Made by a program: the position numbers and the translations under genes
In this document: one piece after another, positions 27,601 to 38,127 of the stretch
How the letters are laid out: each line of letters starts with the position of its first letter
Position numbering within the stretch: the stretch's first letter is position 1
Assembly (NCBI RefSeq): GCF_008831285.2
Contig: NC_045138.2
Span: forward strand, 15,996,001 to 16,060,000
From: Nymphaea colorata
Taxonomy: Eukaryota
Length of the DNA: 64,000 bases
Direction of reading: 5' to 3'
Notes under the pieces: model-generated
What the model was told of the DNA's origin: nothing
What the model saw: the letters and a program-made list of their open reading frames with translations, nothing else
Databases searched by the model: none

Positions 27601-30600
27601 GACATTGTGCCTGGAAGCAGAAAAGAGAAGAACACTTCATCAGCTGCTGATATGATTTCAAAAAGGTTAAGATCTAGTTCTGGAAAAGGGACAGTTGGTT
27701 CAAACGGCATATGCCATAATGACAATAAGAGAAGTCATGATGTTGGTGCCAAATTGTTAAATAATTCACATGTGAGATTTCTGCTGCCTTTTGTTGTATA
27801 ATCCTGCTGTGTGTGTTTTTTTATCTTTTTTCTAAGTCTTGTCTCTGCATATGCTGGTTGTTAAAGATGAAGCAGTGCAATGTTGGGGAGGCCTTAATTG
27901 GTCAGAGAATCAAAATCTGGTCGCCCTTTGATAACTGGTAAATCGTTAACTTTCAATCTACATTCAAGTTGCTTTTCAAGCTCTGTTATTGTTTTTTTTT
28001 TTTCCATTTTGTCTTTGCGGTATTGATGATGTGGAGGCACTGGCTTATAGTTTTTGTCCAGGGACTGTCTGTGAGTACAATCCAGATAACTGCTCTTACA
28101 TGGTATGTTACAATCTGTAAGTGATTATGGACTGTCTTTCCTGTTGTTAGTACCGAAAAATTTCCTTCTGGCATTATATTTCTTGTGGTTCTAGTGGTAT
28201 AAATTTTTCCCAAGGCATCTTTAACAGAAAATCAACTTCCAATTTTCCCCTTTTCTGCACTATTTTTTGTTTATTTTGTTTTTTTGAAAATATCCTGCCT
28301 AAATATCATATGATTTTGTGATGGTTGATACTAGACCTAATTGAGATGTAAATTTTGACCATACTGATGTAAAGAATGGTTGTACAAGAAGAAGAAGTTT
28401 TATTTATTTATGTTTTTACGAATTTGCATAAGGAAACTCAGTTCCTCAAGCCTCACAAAAGGAGCGGTGGAAAAAAAAAAAACCTTACAGGTCCTCCTCA
28501 ACTCCAGGAGGTTCACCAGCAAAAAGGACATTAGTTAAGGAACGAACTACTGACATGAGGGGTATAATAATATTTGTACTGGAAGACATGCTTTGGTGAA
28601 AGCTGTGCATGTTTCCACTCCTCCCCTGTCATACTGGGGCTACTTGGCCAATGGTGCTGGTCATGCCTCATTGTTCAAGGTGAACCAGTTGTCATGGTAA
28701 TTGCTTTTGTCATATTTATTTGTTCTTGTTTTGAGAACCTACAGGGAGGCAAGATGATTGTAAATCTGCTGATTTGCATGCAGATCTGATCTTATGCAGA
28801 TCGATGGTGTGTGTTTGCTCTGAGAGAGAGAGAGAGAGAGAGAGATCATATCTGATGGACATTGCATGTACTTAACTCTCATCCTATAGGCATGTGTAAT
28901 AATATCTGTATCACAGAGAATATTGGTGGTGTTAGATACGATGGAATGATACTTGATCGTTCTCAGGTGGTTTTCAGTGCGGTGAGGATATTAGCTTAAG
29001 AAACGATTGTTTGCCATGTAACAATTTGAATTTTAGTTCAATTGGCGACTCTATGGATCCTTTTAATTTCAAGCGATTTTAACTATTAAATATGTAGTAA
29101 AAAAGCACAAGCAGACTTAGTCACTCTGAAACATGATAATGACTTCTGAAATAGTATTGTTACAGTAAATAGTATCTAACTTAATAAATGAAGATACGGC
29201 GAAATAACTTATGATTCTGACATGCTTTAGCTTTTAGTAGGTTAGCTGGTCTGGTAAAAAATGTCGGGCTATATAAAATAAATTATGGTTATGACATGCT
29301 TTAGCTTTTAGTAGTTTATCTGGTCTGGTAAAAAATGTAGGGCTATCTATTTACTTATGATAATACCATCTCTCTTGGATAGGCTTAGTACTCATTTGCA
29401 TAGTGGATGCTTGGATTTGATTCACTTTGTTGGCCATGTTGGACCTTTTGGCTTTTGTTTTCAATGTTAGCAAAATATGCACCTCAATTGCTTTTGCAAA
29501 TTGCAGTCCTGTCATGTTAAAGGATTGGTCCTTTTTGTATTCTTTGTTGAAGATTGAGTATGATAATGGAGACATTGAGAGGTTATGTTTGACAAATGAG
29601 CGTTGGGAAGCCGTGAGCATGGAGCCTGCATCTGAGAAGGTTTGTTCTGAGCACATCTGCCATCTTTTTTTGTTTTCTTTTTCTAATTCTAATCTTAGGT
29701 TATGGGGCCAATATTCTTTTGCAGGAACCTGAGGAACCTCATTTAGAAAATTTGTGAGTAATGGAAATCTTTTCACTCTCCAGTTTCCATTGTGTACTAT
29801 GTCAATCTGTTCCATATTGTTTGCTCATTCTTCACACGCTATACTGGTGCAGTACTTTCTTTAGTCAATATCGACTTTCTTGTTACATATTTTTTTTTTG
29901 CATATATTGGATTTGTTGGCATAAGAGTGGTTCATTGGTCTGTTTTCTCCAGTCTAATCTACACATAATGCATCCTGCTTGTTAAAAAAAAACTGCCCAG
30001 TTTTTATCTTGATCCTAGGTGTTGTGCGTGGTCTGCCTTTCTTTTCTTGTTGTGTCACAGAAAATGCTTTTGCGTTAAAATTAAAAGATAAACACATATG
30101 AGCATAAACATTTCTGTAATTCATCTGTATTTTATTTATTTCCCTATGGCTAATAGGATTTACTCAAGGTTGTAAAATCCCTGGTAGACAACCCTATGTT
30201 TTTCTGGTTTTCTGTTCATCAGTCTGCTAGGGCATGTTAAGAGATGTTTCTTCTAGACAAGGAGACTGATCTCTTATGGCTTGGGATTTCTCAGGCAGGA
30301 CAAGGGGAGAGCAGAAGCCGATCCATCTCCATCTCAGTGAGTGCCAGTTACTTGGTTCTTGAGACTATTTGCACTGTGGTTGGTTGCCTGACTTATGCTT
30401 CCAAATGTTTTCAGTGATATTTGGTGGGGCTCTTCTTTAAGTAATGACACTGGTCCACAAGATTCTGATGTGATAGAAGATAAGAGTGCTGAAGATCTCT
30501 CATCCTCTGTACCGTCAGATGTGGAGGGGGACCTGGACAGTAGAACTTTGTCGTCCTTTATAGGTAATTCTTTTGATTGTAGTATACCTTGTTTCTGTAG

Positions 30601-31111
30601 GGTTTTCAAAACCTTCCCGTTTTCGCCTTATACAATTAGTCGTTATTTTCTGAAAGTCTACATCAAAAGTTTGCCTGTTGAAAGCATGTTGTATGTTTAC
30701 ATTGGTCCTTTATTTTTCCTGTCTTCATTATTTAAAAATCGGTTAACAATTTGAATGTATGGACTTAATGGAACTGGGAAGGAATGGGAGTAATAGATGG
30801 CTGGTCGGTGAGTTCAAGTTCAAGGTTCAAACCTCACCGTGGCTACTTGGGCCACAGTTCGAGTGCCTGTCTAGCTGAAAATGCCCTTGTGTTTCCAAGG
30901 GGCCTTGTCTTTGAAATGGTAGAATGTTGGGGTGGTGATAGCTTTTGCATTATTGGAAAAATGATGATACATCTTGGCCGAAGCTAATAGTTAAGCTATC
31001 TTGATTATAGGGAAGCGGAAGGCAGTGAAAAAAACGCAGCTAAAACCGTCAGATGACTCAGATCAAGCAAATGTCAAGAGAACAAGATTAGAACCTGCTA
31101 ATCGCCATTAA
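7044..31111 (+). CDS. PDS5B: Sister chromatid cohesion protein PDS5 homolog (PDS5B/At1g77600-like; HEAT/ARM repeats + C-terminal Tudor domain), about 1445 aa
   Basis: Exons with GT-AG borders and consistent phase: 7044-7142, 8897-9094, 9445-9626, 11324-11444, 12583-12804, 13121-13337, 13442-13587, 13684-13841, 13962-14111, 14182-14230, 17457-17648, 19659-19838, 20987-21129, 22156-22282, 23472-23621, 23721-23780, 23908-24044, 24869-24986, 26101-26235, 26354-26556, 26657-26804, 26896-27036, 27118-27201, 27325-27771, 27867-27937, 28051-28102, 29553-29639, 29725-29753, (30295-30336), 30415-30563, 31011-31111. PDS5 motifs: [76 protein letters not shown]. Tudor motif: [13 protein letters not shown]...[17 protein letters not shown]. 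Basic NLS-like tail GKRKAVKK...KRTR. Confidence 0.92.
9722..9803. repeat. compound microsatellite (CT)n(AT)n
   Basis: Seen directly in PDS5B intron 3. Confidence 0.95.
10296..10327. repeat. poly-T run followed by poly-G run
   Basis: About T22 then G10, seen directly. Confidence 0.9.
15149..16323. mobile_element. degenerate non-autonomous Mutator-like (MULE) / TIR element in PDS5B intron 10
   Basis: The left end GGGAATAACAGTTC...CATCGAAGAGGCACTCAACTTTTTTGTGTATCTCT is an imperfect inverted repeat of the right end (revcomp GGAATAAAAGTTCATGCACATCAGAAAGGCACCCAATTTTTTGGTGTATCTCT). The GC-rich interior has recurring CCCTCG(C/T)TGAAC..GAGGG motifs. No TSD is recognisable. Confidence 0.6.
16532..16797. 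mobile_element. degenerate hAT-like MITE
   Basis: TIR-like CAGTGTTGC ... GCAACATTG (8/9) with an AT-rich centre. TSD only partial (CTATAAAC/GCACAAAC). Confidence 0.4.
21502..21998 (-). mobile_element. solo LTR (Copia-like), antisense within PDS5B intron 13
   Basis: TG...CA termini (TGTAAATC...TTCTAACA; TGTTAG start on the minus strand) with a perfect 5-bp TSD GGAAT at 21497-21501 and 21999-22003. Minus-strand TATA (CTATAAAT) at 21683-21690; internal (CA)n. Confidence 0.85.
21865..21915. repeat. (CA)n microsatellite inside solo LTR
   Basis: Seen directly. Confidence 0.95.
24586..24670. repeat. (CA)n(TA)n microsatellite
   Basis: Seen directly in PDS5B intron 17. Confidence 0.93.
29217..29348. 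repeat. tandem duplication, about 75-bp period, two copies
   Basis: TGACATGCTTTAGCTTTTAGTAG(G/T)TTA(G/T)CTGGTCTGGTAAAAAATGT(C/A)GGGCTAT at about 29217 and about 29292. Confidence 0.85.
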
Positions 31112-32931
31112 TTCAATGTGAGTCTTCTTGTCACCATTATTTTGCCAAACTTTACATGTCTACAGGAGATGTTATTTAGTGTGTCACTTGGTTTGCCAAT
31201 TGTACAGAGACTGACAAGAAGCAGGCAACCACGAGATACGTGTATCATATTGTAGATGCCATCTAGTTGGAAAATGTACCATATTGTAGACGCTATCAAG
31301 TTGGGATTCCGAAGGCCAAAATTTGGCATGTCTGTTATCTGTTTAGCACCTCCCTTTGTATATGCCTTGGGAGGATTTGTAAATGATGAAATGAAAATGG
31401 CAATTTTGCTCTCTCTCTCGCTCTGTGTGTGTGTGTGTGGATGTGCAATGGAGATAACGGCACTTCCGTCTACCTTAGCGGCAATGTCTCCAGAATGGGC
31501 TGATGGGTACATTATTTTCGTTTTCAGAGATCTAGGTCACGTTTTTGTGTTATTGTCGTTTTCAGAGATCTGCTTCCACAATATTCGTGCTTGCTTCAGC
31601 AAAACATCATCCACTAGGCTACATGGTGGACTTGAAATTTCCCTGGTTGGACTTGAAATTTTGAAGCTGTAAAAGCTTAGAGAGCTCTACATGTGGTGCG
31701 TCTCTGTTCGCTCGGCCAATCGTTGGAGTGTTTACGAGATACCATAAGGGCCCAATGTTTGCTTTAGTTGAAAAAAGATTGTTTTTCATCGACGAATCAG
31801 CCAACTGTGCACCAAAAGGATGTGGTAACGACGTATCTGGTGGCGTATAATTGCAGGAATAAATTTCGTTTTCCTTTACTTTGTATGGTTTAATACAGAA
31901 TAATGTAACGGTTGAGCGAAGGTTCAACTTGCTTGTTTTTTGCATGTTTTTTATTTCAGGGGATTGTAGTGTACTAAGTGGCAAAATGGGATTTGGGATC
32001 AAAACTTAAGGTGTCTGCTGGCATATTCCATTGAGCTCCTCTTCTGGACCCTAAACAAGGTTTATAAAAAGCCTGGAGTAGCGGGCACAAGAGGTAGGCT
32101 GTGGTTTGAGTGGTGGAATGAATCATTCATCTTGAAAAAAAATTATTATTATTTTGGTTATAGCAATTATTCATGTTTTGCAAACTTATCAGATATTAAT
32201 GTTCAGGGCAATTGCTTATTGCTTAAGTCACTATTTAATAAAGTTGGTACATTGATAACGAGTGGAACATTTAATGGCTCAAAATCGCTATGAGTTTGGT
32301 TGCTCATCCTATCACGATGAGCTTCATCGCTATAATTTCTATTTCTTAGTTTTCATGTTCATCGTTTACCATTAGACAACTAACAAATCCATGAGTTAGA
32401 TTTTTCACATTTACGCTGTCAAAATAAGAAAAGGAAAACCAAAAAAGGTGTGTTTGAATGACAGAAAAAAAAGTCAGAAACAGACCATTGTATCACGACT
32501 CACCGTTATTCTATTCCTTGTTCAATCAGACGGTGGAGTGTTCGCTTGTGACGCCTCTTTAGTCTTTAATTTTTAGCAAAGTTTCTGACGCACCTCCGAT
32601 GGTGCTGGAATTCAAAAAGCAGGAATCGGCTTAAACCGGAACCGACCAGTGAGAGCACAAAGTTGCCTGAACCGGCTCCAGGCTAACTCTACGTCCATCC
32701 CTTATCTGGCGGCAGAGGGGCCTGCCGCCTGCTGTGGTGGGGTTGAAAGACCGTGAGACGGAGAAAAGGCGGCAAAGCAATTGGAATTGAGGTCTTCCGG
32801 CAACGCGCTGGCGCCCCTGACTGAGAGTAGGACCTCGCCCTACATTTTGGGCGGGACGTGCCGTCTTCTTCCGTGCTTATGCTTCTACCTCTTCCTGTCC
32901 AATCTTCAACCTTTCTTGGTTGGTGTAGCTG

Positions 32932-34992
32932 ATGAAGGGCGTTGTCAGAAGCGGCCACCTTCACTCTGCGGCATCGAGGCTCCTTTCTTCTTCTTCTTCA
33001 ATTGCTGCTGATTCCGCTACCAACTTCGCCTCAGGAGTTCCACCTTTGTTTCCTGCATCTTTTTATCACCGGCACCCGTTGGAAGTCCAGAAGCTGCAAC
33101 GCGCCATTGAGTGCTGCTGCCAATCCGGCAGGATTGATGACGCCTTCTCCATTTTTAGGCATATGGTCGGGTTAAACATCAGCCCATCCGTTTCCTCTTT
33201 CAATGTCTTGTTGTCCGCTTTTAACAAGGTTGGTCGGTTCGCTGCCACTCTCCCTCTTTACAACCTCATGTACAAGTCCGGGGTTCCTCCTGACGTCGCC
33301 ACCATCAATATATTGATCAATTGTTACTCTGAAACCGATAGAAGCGACGTCGCTTTCGAGGTCTTCAACGAGTTTAGAGATCAAAAATTAGCCCCAAACA
33401 TTGTTACTTTCAATACCCTTTTGAAGGGTCTGTGTAAGGAAAAGAGACTGGTCGATGCCATTCAATTTCATCACGACATGGCCGAGAAGAAACGGCCTCC
33501 CCCTAACGAAAGGACGTACTCTATTCTCGTCAATTTTCTTTGTAGTTTATCGAAATCGCTACATTGTCTGGGTTTGATCTCTGAGATGTTGAAATTGGGG
33601 TTGGAGCCCACGGAGTCCATGTATAACACAGTCTTAGCAGGGTTGTGCAAGGAGAGAAGGATCGGCGCGGCTCTATCACTTCACACCTCCATGAGTAAGG
33701 TCAGGAAGAAGGCCAACTTGGTCACTTACACTGCGCTAATCGACAGACTGTGTAAGGTGGGGATGCTGAAAGAAGCTAAGTTGTTATTTATTGAAATGTC
33801 GAACAATGGATTCTCACCCAATATTGTTACTTACACTGCATTGATTTGTGGTTTTTGCACGGAAGGTCTGTGGCGGGAAGCCGCGATTGCATTGAATGAG
33901 ATGATCTCTCATGGGATTAGGCCAAATCTTGTAACATATACTGGAGTCATGGGTAGTCTCTGCAAACATGGCAAGTTTCAGGATGCACTCGACGTGTTCG
34001 ATGGAACGGTTCAGCTTGGACTAGACCCGGGCTTAACCACTTACGCTACGATGATCCATGGGCTCTGCAAGGGTGGAAGAATGGATGCTGCTATCGGCCT
34101 CCGTCGTCAGATGGAGGTGAATGGTCTTGGGATTAATTTGGCAATTTACAATTCGCTGATTTATGGGTTTTGCAAGATTGGAAAGATGGATGAAGCCATG
34201 AAAGTTTTTCAAGAAATCAAGGAAAAAGGTTCTAGACCTGATACCATTACTTACAACGTATTGATGGATGGGTTTTGCAAGGCTGGGCATATTGGTACTG
34301 CCAGAAGTCTTTACCTTGATATGAAAGAAGAGGGTCAGAATCCTAACCTAATTAGCTATAACACGTTGATGGATGGTTTAAGTCGTGAGTATAATCTTGA
34401 TCAGGTTCTTAATTTGTTCAGAGAAATTAATGATTCGAGTCAAGTGGATATTATAACTTACAACATACTCATAAATAAGATCTGCAAGGAAGATGAGGTA
34501 GTAGAGCCAAAGAAAATTGTAAATGAATTGTCTGAGAAAGGAATTGAGGCTGATGTTGTGACTTATTCAACACTGATAAATGGGCTTTGTGAAAATGGGA
34601 GGCTGCTTGAGGCCATGGACCTGCTGGGCCAGATGACGGAAAGTGGTCTTTGTCCAAATGTAATAACTTACAATAGCATCATGAAAGGGTTTTGTTTAAT
34701 AGGACAGGTCGACAAAGCTGTTGAGATGCTTCATGTAATGATTGCTAATCACATAATTCCATCTGCCAATACATTGTGTCTTTTCCGGGAATATGTTCAT
34801 GGTTTACCTCACCATCAGGAGACCATGGAATTACTTGAAACGGTCATACTGAAGCAAGATAAATGCTGTGATGACTCGTATATGGAACTTCTGGATGTTG
34901 TTGGTCAGCAATTAGTTCTCCCTTCTAAAGCATCATCCCATGAATGTGCAGCAGCAAAGGCAAGTAAATTATGTGAATCTTCGGGTTCATAG
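32932..34992 (+). CDS. P-class pentatricopeptide repeat protein, probably mitochondrial, 686 aa, intronless CDS
   Basis: About 15 tandem 35-aa P motifs (e.g. PNIVTFNTLLKGLCK, PNIVTYTALICGFC, PDTITYNVLMDGFCKAG, ADVVTYSTLINGLCENG). N-terminal Ser/Arg-rich presequence; no E or DYW domain. Confidence 0.93.
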   Translation: MKGVVRSGHLHSAASRLLSSSSSIAADSATNFASGVPPLFPASFYHRHPLEVQKLQRAIECCCQSGRIDDAFSIFRHMVGLNISPSVSSFNVLLSAFNKVGRFAATLPLYNLMYKSGVPPDVATINILINCYSETDRSDVAFEVFNEFRDQKLAPNIVTFNTLLKGLCKEKRLVDAIQFHHDMAEKKRPPPNERTYSILVNFLCSLSKSLHCLGLISEMLKLGLEPTESMYNTVLAGLCKERRIGAALSLHTSMSKVRKKANLVTYTALIDRLCKVGMLKEAKLLFIEMSNNGFSPNIVTYTALICGFCTEGLWREAAIALNEMISHGIRPNLVTYTGVMGSLCKHGKFQDALDVFDGTVQLGLDPGLTTYATMIHGLCKGGRMDAAIGLRRQMEVNGLGINLAIYNSLIYGFCKIGKMDEAMKVFQEIKEKGSRPDTITYNVLMDGFCKAGHIGTARSLYLDMKEEGQNPNLISYNTLMDGLSREYNLDQVLNLFREINDSSQVDIITYNILINKICKEDEVVEPKKIVNELSEKGIEADVVTYSTLINGLCENGRLLEAMDLLGQMTESGLCPNVITYNSIMKGFCLIGQVDKAVEMLHVMIANHIIPSANTLCLFREYVHGLPHHQETMELLETVILKQDKCCDDSYMELLDVVGQQLVLPSKASSHECAAAKASKLCESSGS

Positions 34993-35593
34993 TTATAGAA
35001 TGGGTTAATGAAGGTTCAGAACCATTTGTACCTATACATGTATATATATCTGTCAGGTACCATTCTTTTGTGTATATTCTGTATATCATATTACGTTATC
35101 AATGAATTAATGTCGGATTTTTTTTTGGTTCATCCAGTTGCCTTCCAGGATAATTTTCTTGTTTCTGGCAGGAGATATTGTGTGTACACAGTTTCATATG
35201 TCCTGCCTTTGATTGGCCAAGCCTATGCTGAGACTTCAGGCCTATTTTCTGTTCGAAGATAGCGCCTTTATGCAGCAGGGTTGTACTTCTTAGTGGGGTA
35301 CTATTACCATATTTTTGCTGCTTGGATGTGTAAATATATGATTTTCCATCGTACTCTTCTTACAATTCCAACTTTTTCGTGGCCTAACCCTCTCAGTTAT
35401 GTTTTATAAACTATTTTTTCAAGAAGATACAGATCAACTCTTAATCATTATTAATACACGAGAGGACTAATGGTACCGTTAACCAGACTTACAGTCTTGC
35501 AAGCAAATTGCCTTGCATGTTTCATCTAAAATTTTGCCTGGCACTGGTCCTTGGTTGGATTTCTTCACTTCCTTAAGCAATAAATAAGGTCTT

Positions 35594-36340
35594 TGTAAGT
35601 CCTGAAAAAAAATTCCGCTCCTAAGACACGCTTTACCTCAGCCTACCCCAGCCCCAAGCCTATCTTGACTAAACCAACCCACCTATAGAGCCAACCGCAC
35701 CTAGCCCACCCAAGCCTCAGCTAGGACTAGGTTCAGCCGGCTACGCTAGTCATCTCGCTAGCTTTCCCCGGCCGTCTTCCTCGGCCTTCCTCTCTACCGT
35801 CGGCTATTTTCCGACGTACGTGGCCTAGCCACACTCGAAGGCAGGCAGGTAGACCGAGTATAACGAGTCTCAAACATAGTTCAGTGCATGTTGTAAGAAT
35901 GTTGTTTCTCTTTGACAGTAGGACAAGTGTAGAAGCACCACAATGTGAAATAATGGATTGTCAATTGAAACATGGGTGGAGCAAAGAATGTGAAAGTTAT
36001 GTAAGAACACAAAAACTAAGATACCAAACAAAAGTGTAATTGATTGGGATGAAAATCCACACTCCTGCAAAGGAGGCCCCCTTATATATAGGCTTCACCT
36101 TCCAGTCAGATCCTAGGTTGCCTGCTTCGAAACCTTATGTAAGAACACAAAATCTAAGAAAACAAGCATCAAAGTGTATTTGAATGAGATGTAATCCACT
36201 CTCCTGCAAAGGAGGGCTCCCTATTTATAGGCTTCACCTTCGAATCAGATCCCAGATTCCTTGCTCCGAATCCTTCTGGATCCGTAATCTATCACATGTA
36301 CCCTTGCACCAAACTATGTCCTTGACTTGTGGTTCTGACA
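35594..36340. mobile_element. degenerate LTR-retrotransposon-derived segment with about 138-bp tandem duplicate
   Basis: Two copies (about 35998-36120 and about 36136-36260) of TATGTAAGAACACAAAA..CTAAGA...AATCCAC(A/T)CTCCTGCAAAGGAGG..CCC..TAT(A/T)TATAGGCTTCACCTTC..TCAGATCC, each with a minus-strand TATA. The upstream GC-rich segment starts TGTAAG. No TSD was found, so the boundaries are approximate. Confidence 0.45.
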
Positions 36341-38127
36341 TCTCTCTCCAGCTTTCCCTTTGGCATACGTCTTATTTCATCAAGGTGATGTCCTACTACT
36401 AACCAACTCTTACTGTTAATTCTTGTCTGTCCTCGACATGGATGCTGCTACACTGCATTGTCATCTACATACACATTATATAGGAAATACTTTAATCGGT
36501 GATACATCACGTACTGGGCAATTGAGCTTCTTTGGGTTCTCCTGCACGGTCAGTCTGCTTGCTGGATAAAGGAATGCAGAATCACTTGGAAATAGTTCAG
36601 AGGATAGAGTATGACAATCTTTCAGCAACTGGAATTTTTTCGGGAGCTTGACCTAGCAGAGGCTGGATGAGGTTTGATTTTTCGTAATTATTTTGCAGAA
36701 ATGTCCTCCCCATAATTATGAAATACAGTTGCTGCAGAAGACATATCTGCATGTACTTTAAGCCTGTCGCCCATTACTGGGTTGAAAGATCTCTATGTGC
36801 GAGTTCTAATCGCGACTACAACAGGCGCCAGTAGCACTAGGCACATGCAGAGGTTGCATCATTTGCCAGGCTAAAAGATGTGGAAGTTGGAGATGCAACT
36901 TCAGTAATTTCGTGCTCATTTTTGACAGCAGGCTGTGCAGAACGTAGAGGAGCAGGTTTATCTTAGTCATGTGTCAGTAGACCCCATTCTATTCTGTTAT
37001 GGAGCTTATCGGGTTAGCATGAAGGATCAAACTTTTGCAGAGTTCCCACCAGAAGAATTCAAGTCTCCACATTGAAAACTAAGGAACAGAAACATATGGG
37101 CTTAATCAGACTTATTAGTTACTTCGCTTCTTTAATCCAGGTTCTCTGTTCCCTGATTCTGAACAACGAACTAGATACTGTGCAGACTGCAGTTGTGAAG
37201 CGCTAGGCTGCTAGGTCTTGTATGGAAGGATCTGTTTAGGGAGCATGTTGTGGTTGTTGCATCAATTTGTGCCATCGATTGAAGGCGAACCCCACACGGA
37301 TGTGGCGGTGGATCTGAGGATTTGTCAACCTTTTGTGGAATTTACAGTGTAGCTTGTATAAAAGAATATAATACGGGCACCAAGATGGAGAATCTGTGCG
37401 AGAGAGTACAAATTTTCCAACACCTTCTGCTGTAATAGTAGCCAAAGTCTCACCCGCAATCTTGAAGTGCCAGTTAATGGTTGTCCTTTGGAAATTTCAA
37501 AAAACAGAACTGAACTCGGTATTTGTGGAATGCGTGCGTGGAGTCTGTTAGATTTGGTGAGGAAATCGTACACCGTGTTAGAATTGGATTACCAGTCGCG
37601 TGGATCGCATCATCGTGTAGTCTCTCCTCCCATGAACTGCTTCTACTTCCTCTCTGTCCCTCTCGGGGGCTTCAGCAGTCGGAAACATCGTGTTGTCTCT
37701 CCCCAGAACTCCCATGAGCTACTGATAACATCTCCCTCTCTCTCACAAGTAACTTTAAATGACCACTCGCTATTTGATTTCATAAATTACTATAAGAAAT
37801 TGGAAATGATGCTTTTAATTTGCTTAATATAAACATGTTAACAGTGTGTTCGAGTGCACTTTATAAAAAATGCAGATGCAGAGAGAGAGAGAGAGAGAGA
37901 ATGCCTGCCGAACAAGTACACTTCAAAAAAGGATAAGGAATTTTGATTAGAAAAATCTCTGTGCAGTATACAATCTTGCATCACAGCCTCAAAGCTGCTC
38001 AACAGGAAAAAGTGTGAGAAAAAAGGGAAAAAATGAAAACTAAATCCTCCATTAACCAACAATTAGACTCGCAGGAACATCTTATCCTAATTTTTTAGCT
38101 TTTCCTTCGGATTACTAAGGAAGCCAC

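Noticed and set aside
28381..28560. Possible LINE/SINE 3' tail on the minus strand in PDS5B intron 26
   Set aside because: Composition is suggestive, but I could not identify a TSD or diagnostic motif.
32932..34992. Idea that the P-class PPR is NUWA (the DYW2 partner), forming an editing gene cluster
   Set aside because: It reads as a generic tandem P-class PPR, and I see no NUWA-specific features. PPR genes are abundant, so proximity is expected.
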